Source of the DNA: an uncultured delta proteobacterium
GTDB taxonomy: Bacteria; Desulfobacterota; Desulfobacteria; Desulfobacterales; JAFDCJ01
DNA length: 64,000 nucleotides
Assembly: GCA_963769935.1 (NCBI GenBank)
Contig: CAVYNY010000017.1
Location: forward strand, 128,001-192,000
Reading direction: 5' to 3'
Shown: positions 8,689 to 17,300 of the stretch, piece after piece
Position numbering within the stretch: the stretch's first letter is position 1
How the letters are laid out: each line of letters begins with the position of its first letter
The notes under the pieces: generated by a model
Told to the model about the DNA's origin: nothing
Database searches by the model: none
Seen by the model: the letters and a program-made list of their open reading frames with translations, nothing else
Position numbers and translations under genes: made by a program

Positions 8689-9873
8689 ATGAAAACAATT
8701 AAATTATGCTTAGCCATGATGGCCGCGGTCCTGCTGTCCTTCGGATTAAGTACCGCGGCCCTGGCCTTCCACAACGGCGGCGTGGCGCACTGTGACGGCT
8801 GCCATACCATGCACAACTCGGAAAACGGCCAATCCATCATTGAAGGGGGAGTTGTCGGCGTAACCGGCGACTACCTGACCAAGGGCACCGACCCCGGCTC
8901 CACGTGTTTGACCTGTCACGCGGGAAGCGGCAGCTACCATGTACTCAGCGATGACGGCTCCAACCAGACCCCGGGCGGCGATTTCTACTGGCTGACCAAA
9001 ACTTTCAGCTATCCGGTGCGCAGCAGCACTGTAACCCGCCACGGGTACAACTTCGGGCACACGATCATCGCCGCAGATTTCGGTTTTTTGACTCCGGACC
9101 CCGATCTGGCTCAAGCCCCCGGAGGCACCTTTCCATCGGCACTGTTGACCTGCAGCAGCTGTCATGACCCGCACGGTGTCAAGGTTAACCGGACCGGACC
9201 CATTGCCGGATCAGGCTCCTACGGTAACGCACCTCCGCCCGGCGCGGATCTGGGAAATTATCGGCTTCTGGGCGACATCGGATACCGGCCGGCGAGCGGC
9301 ATCGTGACATTTACAAACTCGCCGCCGATCGCCGCCACCACCTCAATTGCTCCCAATCCAGAGAGCGACAGCAACCACACCGACTACGGCAAGGGCATGT
9401 CCGAATGGTGCTCCAACTGCCACACGGCTTTTTTGGCACCCGGGGGGGCGGGACAGCATAAGCATCCGGCCGGCAATACCTCCGGCCTGGGCGCCGCCGG
9501 CATTTTCAATAACTACAACAGCTATGTCAAGACAGGCGATTTAACGGGAAATGCCGCAACCTCTTACCTGGCGCTGGTGCCTTTTGAAAGGCAGATCTCG
9601 GATTCGACGCTGTTAGATTCGCACAGTACCCAGGGACCGGATGGAAGTTCGAACGTTATGTGCCTGTCGTGCCATCGGGCCCATATTTCGGCTTTTCCGA
9701 ACTCGGGGCGCTGGGATTTCGAAACCGAACTGCTGGTCAATTCCCATCCGCAGGATACCGATACGGGAGCAATTGCCGGGGATCAGCTGGCCAGCTACTA
9801 CGGCCGGGATATTGCGACCGTTTTCGATCCCGAGCAGCGGAGTCTGTGCAACAAATGCCACGTCAAGGACTAA
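8689..9873 (+). CDS. omcS: OmcS-family hexaheme nanowire cytochrome
   Basis: Mature N-terminus FHNGGVAHCDGCHTMHNS (G. sulfurreducens OmcS: FHSGGVAECEGCHTMHNS), TPGGDF.W, CSSCHDPHG, GMSEWCSNCH, CLSCHRAH, QRSLCNKCHVKD; 6 CxxCH; RBS AAGGAG before ATG 8689. Confidence 0.92.
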   Translation: MKTIKLCLAMMAAVLLSFGLSTAALAFHNGGVAHCDGCHTMHNSENGQSIIEGGVVGVTGDYLTKGTDPGSTCLTCHAGSGSYHVLSDDGSNQTPGGDFYWLTKTFSYPVRSSTVTRHGYNFGHTIIAADFGFLTPDPDLAQAPGGTFPSALLTCSSCHDPHGVKVNRTGPIAGSGSYGNAPPPGADLGNYRLLGDIGYRPASGIVTFTNSPPIAATTSIAPNPESDSNHTDYGKGMSEWCSNCHTAFLAPGGAGQHKHPAGNTSGLGAAGIFNNYNSYVKTGDLTGNAATSYLALVPFERQISDSTLLDSHSTQGPDGSSNVMCLSCHRAHISAFPNSGRWDFETELLVNSHPQDTDTGAIAGDQLASYYGRDIATVFDPEQRSLCNKCHVKD

Positions 9874-9897
9874 CCTGAATAATCCAGGCAAGCATAA

Positions 9898-9932
9898 ATG
9901 GCTGGCGGCGCTCTGCCGCCGGCTATTTTTTT
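9898..9932 (+). terminator. Intrinsic terminator after the omcS-like gene
   Basis: GC-rich stem ATGGCTGGCGGC-gctct-GCCGCCGGCTAT followed by a T tract. Confidence 0.8.
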
Positions 9933-9959
9933 GACTGAATTGGGCATTGACGGTATATT
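9931..9959 (+). promoter_or_regulatory. Putative sigma-70 promoter for the secretion genes
   Basis: TTGACT-N17-TATATT immediately after the terminator. Confidence 0.45.
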
Positions 9960-10058
9960 ATGATTGATGCTATCCAATCACCGTCGGTATGTAGATATCC
10001 CATTTTTTCAAGGTTGGATTGAAGCCCCCCTTTTCTGCCCCTAAAGGAGGTCAGGCTT

Positions 10059-11489
10059 TTGAAGATGCCGCGGCTGAATCGATATTTTGTTTTTTTGCTG
10101 GCTGTGCTTATCGGCGGCTGTTTTCCCCTCGAACCGGACGTTGACGTTGCCGTCCTTAAAATGCCCCTGGGACAGGATGGCGAAGTGATTTTATACCTGC
10201 AGCAGCTGCCGCCGGAAGCCGACAAGCTTCGCTTTGATATCGACGGGATTTCCGCCGTAAGGGATGACGGCTCGGTGGTGCCCTTATCCCTTTCCCTGAC
10301 CGGCCTGAAAGGCGCAGATCTCGCGGGGCTTCAAAAATTGATGGCAAGCGGGGTTCTGACCCCGGGCCATTACACCGGACTCTCCATCCGGATCAAGCAG
10401 GCCTGGGTCGAGACCGCCGAAGGTGAGGCCGCGCTGAAAGTTCCCGAGGAACCGCTGAGCGTGGCGCATCCCTTCGACGTGGCCCGGGAAAAAGCCTCGG
10501 CCCTGTTTCTGACGCTTAATCCCGGCCGGCAGATTACGGGGGAGAATCGATTTGCGCCTGTTTTCAGCCTGGCGTCAGCCGGCCAATTGCTGATCAATCT
10601 CACCGCTCTCGTCAGCAACCCCGAAACCAATCTCATCACAGTTTTCAACAAAGCGACCATGCAGGTGGCCGATGCGATTGCCGCCGGCCAGGGACCCATG
10701 GCACTGGCCCTCGACCAGCTCCGGGGCCTGGTGTATGCAACGGTTGCGCGGGATGACGCCATTTTGGCGATCGACGTCTTCAAACGGCAGATTATCAACA
10801 GGCTGAAACTCAATTTCAGGGACAATCCGGTCGATTTGGTCCTGACCCCCGACGGCCGGCGGCTGGTGTCGGTTAACCACGACTCCAATACGGTCAGCCT
10901 TATCGATGCCTTCTCGATGACGGAGGAAAGAAGAATCAGGGTCGGTGAGGGGCCGGCCGCTGCGGTTATGGACCCATCGGGTTCAAGGGTCTACATTTTA
11001 AATACGCGCTCGCGATCGATTTCGGTGGTGGATCTGTCCCAAAACACCCTGGTGGTTACGATCGGCGTCGAGGCGTCTCCGCTGAGAGGCACGTTTAATC
11101 GTGAAGGCGATATGCTATTTGTTATCAGCGGCGATTCACCTTACCTCACCGCCATCGATCGATCCCGGCTGGCCGTCACTGGAAAAATTTTTGTGGGGAC
11201 GGGGGCTGTTTCCATAAAGGCCGACAATCAAAGCGGTCTGCTCTATGTCGGCCGCAAGACCGGCGGCGAAATCGCCGTCATCGAACCGTCTTCTTCGATG
11301 TTTGTCGACACATTTCAGGTCGGCGGCAGGCCGGTGTTCCTGGCGATTGACGAGCAGGAGAGATCGCTGTTTGCGGCGCTTTCCGACCGTAAAATCCTTC
11401 AGAAAATCAATCTCATCAGCAAGAAGGTCGTTGCTGAAATAGAAGTGGGGAAGGGGGCTTACGCAATTGTGGTCATGGGCGAGAGGTAG
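10059..11489 (+). CDS. oscD: Lipoprotein with N-terminal beta-sandwich and YVTN/YncE beta-propeller (OscD-like)
   Basis: Lipobox LIGGC; repeats such as LTPDGRRLVSVNHDSNTVSLID and IRVGEGP..DPSGSRVYILN. The symbol rests on domain type plus synteny. Confidence 0.7.
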   Translation: MKMPRLNRYFVFLLAVLIGGCFPLEPDVDVAVLKMPLGQDGEVILYLQQLPPEADKLRFDIDGISAVRDDGSVVPLSLSLTGLKGADLAGLQKLMASGVLTPGHYTGLSIRIKQAWVETAEGEAALKVPEEPLSVAHPFDVAREKASALFLTLNPGRQITGENRFAPVFSLASAGQLLINLTALVSNPETNLITVFNKATMQVADAIAAGQGPMALALDQLRGLVYATVARDDAILAIDVFKRQIINRLKLNFRDNPVDLVLTPDGRRLVSVNHDSNTVSLIDAFSMTEERRIRVGEGPAAAVMDPSGSRVYILNTRSRSISVVDLSQNTLVVTIGVEASPLRGTFNREGDMLFVISGDSPYLTAIDRSRLAVTGKIFVGTGAVSIKADNQSGLLYVGRKTGGEIAVIEPSSSMFVDTFQVGGRPVFLAIDEQERSLFAALSDRKILQKINLISKKVVAEIEVGKGAYAIVVMGER

Positions 11490-11492
11490 GAT

Positions 11493-13688
11493 ATGGGCCG
11501 GACGATTTTCCCTTGTATCTGTCTGATTGCGATTTTCTTTTGGATCCATGCCCAATTGGGTTCAAGCGCCAGGGCCGACAGCGTGGACTTTAATACCGAC
11601 CATCGGTATATCGATTCCAGAGGCACGACCAAATTTAAACTTACCGGGGAAAATCTCGATACCAATTATGAGCAATTTAATCAGCTCTACAATCTTAACC
11701 TTTCAAAAAACATTTATCCTTATCTGCTTTTTAACAGTGGAACCGTATACCAGATAAATTCAACCTCGTCTTCAAGCGGAGACAACAACGTCGATACCGA
11801 GGAGAAGATTCTGACTCCCTTTGCCGAACTGAACCTTACCAATCCGATATACCAGGCCGGCCTTGCCTATCACAAAAGAAGAATCGAGGAAGATGTAACC
11901 GATGTGCCTGATACCCGGGCAGACCGCGATGAAATCACCGGGACGCTGGGGATGAACCCCCCTTCCGACTTGTTTCCGGATTGGAGCCTGCGCTACAGCG
12001 ATATCCACACCTACGACGATCCGGAAACCCAGGATCAGTTTCAGAAGGTGTGGATGCTGGATACCGCCTACACGCCTTTGAGTGGCCTCTTTCTCGACTA
12101 CTCGTACGCGCGCACCGATACCGAAGAAAAACTTCAGAATTTCGATACGGTCGAACAATCGCATCTGGGTACGGCCGAATATTCCCGCAATTTTTTCAAC
12201 CAACGCCTGTCCATGGACACCTCCTATACGGTCAATTACAGCAAATTTGAGTTTTCGAGAGGCAGCGGTACTTCCGAAGTTCCATTGCTGCGGTTTGCCG
12301 GTCTTTCGTCGCTGAGCAATACACCGGACGACGGCCCGGCGATGGGTACCAACCCGGCTTTAATCGACGGCAATCTGACGGCCTCGGCCGGCCTGAATAT
12401 CGGAACCGCCGGCGATCAGAGCCAGCCGGTCAACATGGGGCTCGATTTCGGATTTGCGATCGATGTGGATACCCTCCATGTATGGGTGGATCGCCGTCCG
12501 ACCAGCACGGTTGTCAACTCTTTTTCCTGGAGTGTTTATACCAGTCCGGATAATACGGATTTCAGCACCTGGACCCTGGTTGCAACCGTGTCCCCAGCCA
12601 ATTTCGGGACGCTCGACAATCGCTTCGAGATATCTTTTCCCCGGGTCAATACGCGGTTTATCAAGGTGGTGACGGCCGCGCTGTCTCCTGTTGTTCCCGG
12701 TGCGGGGAGCTTCCCGAATATCTTTGTCACCGAGTTGCAGGCCTTTATCACGACCTCGGGGACATCCTTCAATACCCAAAGCAGCGTCCTGAATCAAAAC
12801 TATAACCTCGGTCTCAGAGGCAAGCTCAGCGCCAGTACCCTGCTTGGCTATAATCTGTTCTATAACCAGCAGGATACAGATCCGGGCAATATCAAACGCA
12901 CGCAATATACCAACGGTCTTTATTTGAATCATACCTTCAACGATACCTTTTCCGCCAACGCCAACGGTCAACGCACCGACATCTCCAATGACGTTGCGAA
13001 TGGAACCGAGGATTCCTACAATTACACGTATGGGACTTCCCTAAGGGCAAATTGGCTGGCCACGTTCAATCAGGCGCTGACGTTCAGCGGGTCATATGAC
13101 AACACCGTTCTGGGATCATCTTCGCAGAACGCCCTGTTCCTGCGCAATAATGCCATTCTTTATCAAGGCTGGAGTGCGTTTTTGGATACCGGCTACACCT
13201 GGGAAGAGCCTGAAATCGGATCCCGCATATCCAGTGTTATTATCAGACAGGGCACAAACCTGCAGCCGAACCAAAAAATCAGCCTTAATCTAAGTTTTTC
13301 GTATAAGCGAACCATGCAATCCGGCGAAGACGTCGGACCCAGCGACGAAACCAGATGGGACATACAGGGATTTTATATACCGTTTCGCAATCTGTCTTTT
13401 TTTGCCAAAGTAAATTCGGTCTACCGGGATGGTTCGACGGACACATTTCAGAATTACACCGTGAACTGGTCGCCTTTTCCGGATGGCGATCTGCAGTTTT
13501 TTTTCGTTTTTAACGAAATCCTGTTGTCTGAAAGCAACCAGGAAGAAAGGGTAGTCGGACCGGGTTTGAAATGGACCATCGGTCCGCACATCTCTTTAGA
13601 TATGTCCTACAATTATACGACCAGCGACAACGATACCGAGAAAATTGAATCAAACGTTTTCAGTGCGGATTTAAGGACCCATTTTTAA
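11493..13688 (+). CDS. oscE: Large outer-membrane beta-barrel with inserted discoidin-like domain (OscE-like)
   Basis: Signal peptide, alternating Tyr/Asn/Ser/Thr-rich amphipathic strands, C-terminal Phe (DLRTHF), internal jelly-roll-like segment. The symbol rests on synteny. Confidence 0.7.
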   Translation: MGRTIFPCICLIAIFFWIHAQLGSSARADSVDFNTDHRYIDSRGTTKFKLTGENLDTNYEQFNQLYNLNLSKNIYPYLLFNSGTVYQINSTSSSSGDNNVDTEEKILTPFAELNLTNPIYQAGLAYHKRRIEEDVTDVPDTRADRDEITGTLGMNPPSDLFPDWSLRYSDIHTYDDPETQDQFQKVWMLDTAYTPLSGLFLDYSYARTDTEEKLQNFDTVEQSHLGTAEYSRNFFNQRLSMDTSYTVNYSKFEFSRGSGTSEVPLLRFAGLSSLSNTPDDGPAMGTNPALIDGNLTASAGLNIGTAGDQSQPVNMGLDFGFAIDVDTLHVWVDRRPTSTVVNSFSWSVYTSPDNTDFSTWTLVATVSPANFGTLDNRFEISFPRVNTRFIKVVTAALSPVVPGAGSFPNIFVTELQAFITTSGTSFNTQSSVLNQNYNLGLRGKLSASTLLGYNLFYNQQDTDPGNIKRTQYTNGLYLNHTFNDTFSANANGQRTDISNDVANGTEDSYNYTYGTSLRANWLATFNQALTFSGSYDNTVLGSSSQNALFLRNNAILYQGWSAFLDTGYTWEEPEIGSRISSVIIRQGTNLQPNQKISLNLSFSYKRTMQSGEDVGPSDETRWDIQGFYIPFRNLSFFAKVNSVYRDGSTDTFQNYTVNWSPFPDGDLQFFFVFNEILLSESNQEERVVGPGLKWTIGPHISLDMSYNYTTSDNDTEKIESNVFSADLRTHF

Positions 13689-13882
13689 GTCTCACCCGGA
13701 AGCTGGAGGCGTGAATGCCGGCGTGAAGTCAGGCTGGTTTTTCGCAACGGCAAGGGCTTCTTTTTATCGTCATTTTAGCGGGGAATGTCAAAGCAGTTGA
13801 TCGCAAAGGCAAAAGCAGCTATGCTTTAAAAAGCATTTTGCAAAATCAGAGGGCCAAGATACTTTAATACGAGGAAATTAAG

Positions 13883-14476
13883 ATGGTTAGAGCGGCAAAT
13901 CGCACACATTTCAGGCTCTGTCTTTTATCCTTTATCCTTATTTTTTCGGTTGCCTGCGGTTCCAAATACAACATATCCGAAAATTACCATGACCCGGATG
14001 TCGATTTCGCGCTCCTGCGGACTGTGGCCGTGATGCCGTTTTCCAATCTGACCAATGATAAGCTGGCGGGGGAAAGGGTGCGCAGTACTTTTATGAACAG
14101 CCTCCTGTCTACCGGCGCGCTTTATGTGATTCCTCCCGGGGAGGTGGCGCGCGGAATTTCACGGGCTGGAATCGACAACCCATGGGCCCCATCCGGCGAG
14201 GATATCAACAAATTCGCGGCGATTGTCGGTGCCGATTCCGTGATTACCGGGGTTGTCACGGAATATGGGGAGGTACGGTCGGGCGCCGTAACGGCCAATG
14301 TGATATCATTGAGCATGCAAATGCTTGAGAAAGATTCACGCAAAGTCATATGGTCTGCAGCCACTACCAAAGGCGGGATATCCATCTGGGATAGGCTTTT
14401 CGGCGGCGGCGGCCAGCCCATGGAAGATGTAACCCAAGCGGCGGTAGATGATATTATCAATAAACTTTTCTATTAG
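13883..14476 (+). CDS. oscF: Lipoprotein with DUF799/PelC/CsgG-like fold (OscF-like)
   Basis: Lipobox SVAC; VAVMPFSNLT...GADSVITGVVTEY...VIWS motifs. Confidence 0.7.
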   Translation: MVRAANRTHFRLCLLSFILIFSVACGSKYNISENYHDPDVDFALLRTVAVMPFSNLTNDKLAGERVRSTFMNSLLSTGALYVIPPGEVARGISRAGIDNPWAPSGEDINKFAAIVGADSVITGVVTEYGEVRSGAVTANVISLSMQMLEKDSRKVIWSAATTKGGISIWDRLFGGGGQPMEDVTQAAVDDIINKLFY

Positions 14477-15584
14477 GACGGCTGTCCTTCTGCTTGCATT
14501 TCTGCTTTGCAATTCAAGTGCTGCAGCCCAAAATGACGCGGCCGATGAAGCGGCTGTCCCCAAGACCAGCGGCAGTACTGAACGGCTTAAAATTGCAGTC
14601 TATCCGGTCTCAAACCTCAGCGGAAGCACCGCGCCGCTTGCCGCCATAGGCCTGCAGCTGATCGGGGAGCTTAAAGATTCGGACGCCACCCTCATCGAGG
14701 GTGACGTCCTTGACAGCGTCATTACCAAATACCGTGTTCGTTACCTGGGCGGTCTTGATAAGGCGACCGCGCAGGCGCTGCGGCGGGATGCCGGGGCCGA
14801 TTGCGTTCTGATAACATCGTTGGAGCTTTACAGTGAAGTAGTTCCCCCCAAAATTGCGTTGACAGCCCGGTTGGTTTCAACCGGAAGTAAGACGGAAATT
14901 CTATGGATCGATGGTATCGGCCTGGCCGGTGACGACGCTCCCGGGCTTCTGGCGCATGGGTTGGTCGAAGACCCCCTGATGCTGATGAGAAGAGCCGTTC
15001 ATCGCCTGGCACAATCCCTGACAGTTTTTCTATCCGGGCAGGGGAAACGGGTGAATTCCCGGTCGCCCCAGAAAAAGTTCGCTCCCGAGGTCATCTACCG
15101 TAAAGATGTCCTGGCGGGCGACAAGACTTATAGAGTGGCGGTTGTGCCCTTTTTCAACCCGAGTGCCCGCACCTTCGCCGGAGAGATCCTGGCGCTGCAT
15201 TTTGTCAGACAGCTATGGGCGCTTGAGAATTTTAAGATCATTGAACCCGGCGTGGTGCGGCAGCAGCTTCTCAAATCAAGGATTATCATGAATAGCGGCA
15301 TTTCCCTGGCCGATGCCGATCTCATTGGCCACGAGTTGAATGCCGATCTCATTCTAAACGGCAAGGTCATTGATTATCAGGACTATCGAGGCTACAGCGG
15401 TATCGTCAAAGTGGATTTCTCGGCCCAGCTCTTCGAACGCGCCAGCCGCGAGGTGGTTTGGTCGGTAAAAAGCTATCATCAGGGGGATGACGGCGTTTTC
15501 TTTTTCGATTGGGGAAAGGTAAATACGGCTTACGCGATGGCCAGCCAGATGGTGCAGCTGGCGGTGGAGGAGATGGGTGAGTAG
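14448..15584 (+). CDS. oscG: Tandem DUF799/PelC/CsgG-like domain protein (OscG-like)
   Basis: Two copies of the module (IAVYPVSNLS...GADCVL; VAVVPFFNPS...NADLILNGKV...VVWS). Confidence 0.65.
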   Translation: MILSINFSIRTAVLLLAFLLCNSSAAAQNDAADEAAVPKTSGSTERLKIAVYPVSNLSGSTAPLAAIGLQLIGELKDSDATLIEGDVLDSVITKYRVRYLGGLDKATAQALRRDAGADCVLITSLELYSEVVPPKIALTARLVSTGSKTEILWIDGIGLAGDDAPGLLAHGLVEDPLMLMRRAVHRLAQSLTVFLSGQGKRVNSRSPQKKFAPEVIYRKDVLAGDKTYRVAVVPFFNPSARTFAGEILALHFVRQLWALENFKIIEPGVVRQQLLKSRIIMNSGISLADADLIGHELNADLILNGKVIDYQDYRGYSGIVKVDFSAQLFERASREVVWSVKSYHQGDDGVFFFDWGKVNTAYAMASQMVQLAVEEMGE

Positions 15585-15760
15585 TTTCAAGTTAATTGTT
15601 ATTGGTTATTGGCCGTTGGTTGCTGGTCAGTGGCTCGTTATGAATAAAAGCAGTGTCTAAAAACTATACCGCGAAAGGTTGATCAGAGCGAACCTGAAAG
15701 TGAAGTGAGAAGATGAAGCCCGGTACCCAAAATCCGGTAATAACCCCTTTTCGACCTGAA

Positions 15761-17281
15761 ATGAAAAAATCCTTGCCGTATATTTACGTCCTCGCCTTTT
15801 TTTCAGGTATGTGCATCATGGCCAATGAACTTTGTGCATCCCGACTCGTGGCACCCTATTTCGGTACCTCCTCCTTTGTCTGGACCAACATCATCGGCGT
15901 CATAATGATTGCCCTCTCGGCCGGTTACGTTATCGGCGGGAAGCTCGCCGATCGGAAACCAAGGCTTGGTATCCTGTTGAAGCTGCTCCTGGCTGCTTGT
16001 GTGTTTCTCTTCCTGCTCCCTTTTGTGGTTTACCCCGTTGTCCAGGGGCTCTCATCTTTCTTGGAGAGCTTCAACTCCTCATTTTCGTTCATATTTTTCG
16101 GATCGCTCTTAGCCATAATTTTCCTGTTCTCTCCACCGATCGTGATCTTGGGCATGACCAGTCCTTTCCTTATACGCATTGTTGCCCGGACCGACCACGT
16201 GGGGGGCTCTGTAGGGCGCATTTTCGGCATCTCAACCATCGGGAGCGTCGTTGGAACATTTTTGCCTGTCCTTGTGCTCATTCCGGCCATCGGCACAAGC
16301 AAGACGATCCTGTTCTTTTCCTCAGCCCTCTTCGTCGTCGCCGCTCTGGGTTTCACTGGAAAAACAAGGGCGCTTCTTTCAGTAGCGGCGATCGTGCCGT
16401 TCCTTTTCCCGGTGCCGGACGCGAGGCGAACTCCGGGAAAGATCTACGCGACGGAGTCGTCCTATCAGTATATAGAGGTGTTCGACATAGGCTCTTACCG
16501 TTATCTCGTGTACAACAACGCAGCTGGATTTCAGACGGTCGCCAACAAGAGAAGTCCTCTCACAGGCCTGAACTACTACTACGACTACTATTCTCTCCTC
16601 CCCTTCATTTTTGAGGGCACGCCCAAAAAGGCCCTTATCATAGGCCTGGGGGGCGGCATTATCGCGAACCAGTTGCGCTACTTTCATCCGGAAATCATCG
16701 TAGATGGCGTCGAAATAGACCCGAAGGTCATACAGGTCGCCCGGAAATACTTCGCCCTTAGGTCCGATGCAGATGTATTCAATCAGGACGGACGTATCTT
16801 TGTGACATTGAGCAAAAAAAAATACGACATTGTCATCATCGATGCTTACACACGACAAGTCTACATTCCTTTTCACCTGACAACTGTGGAATTCTTCACG
16901 AAGCTGAAGGATAGACTTTCGGAACAGGGAATTGTCGCAATGAATGTTTCCGCGCCCAGAGAAGACTCGCCGCTCCTGCAGAGCATCATGAACACGCTGC
17001 GGCTTGTGTTCGGTCACGTGTATCTATTCAGAATCCCGATGTCTTACGACAATATCGTGCTCGTCTCAGACAGAAGCTTGGACTTCGGGTTGTTCGGACG
17101 GGCGGCCGGGACCGAACTTCAGGGCATCGCCCAGTTAAGCCGGCCCCTGTTCCGGGAAATCAAAACCAACGGCAAGTACGAACCGCTTACCGACGACCGG
17201 GCTCCCGTCGAACATATGGTGGATTGGGAGATTCTCAAACAGGAAATCAAGGCTGATAAAGCCGGACCCGGTGCCGGCTGA
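15761..17281 (+). CDS. Fused membrane (MFS-like) / spermidine synthase-family SAM-dependent transferase
   Basis: N-terminal TM helices (SGMCIMANEL..RLVAPYFGTS..VWT); SAM motif LIIGLGGG, VEIDP, DGR, YDIVIIDAY, LTDDRAPVE. Confidence 0.85.
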   Translation: MKKSLPYIYVLAFFSGMCIMANELCASRLVAPYFGTSSFVWTNIIGVIMIALSAGYVIGGKLADRKPRLGILLKLLLAACVFLFLLPFVVYPVVQGLSSFLESFNSSFSFIFFGSLLAIIFLFSPPIVILGMTSPFLIRIVARTDHVGGSVGRIFGISTIGSVVGTFLPVLVLIPAIGTSKTILFFSSALFVVAALGFTGKTRALLSVAAIVPFLFPVPDARRTPGKIYATESSYQYIEVFDIGSYRYLVYNNAAGFQTVANKRSPLTGLNYYYDYYSLLPFIFEGTPKKALIIGLGGGIIANQLRYFHPEIIVDGVEIDPKVIQVARKYFALRSDADVFNQDGRIFVTLSKKKYDIVIIDAYTRQVYIPFHLTTVEFFTKLKDRLSEQGIVAMNVSAPREDSPLLQSIMNTLRLVFGHVYLFRIPMSYDNIVLVSDRSLDFGLFGRAAGTELQGIAQLSRPLFREIKTNGKYEPLTDDRAPVEHMVDWEILKQEIKADKAGPGAG

Positions 17282-17300
17282 GACGGTCGTACCGGCCCGC

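Noticed and set aside
15832..16614. 260-aa alternative-frame ORF
   Set aside because: Out-of-frame overlap within the spermidine synthase-like gene, with Arg/Pro/His-rich composition typical of a non-coding frame.
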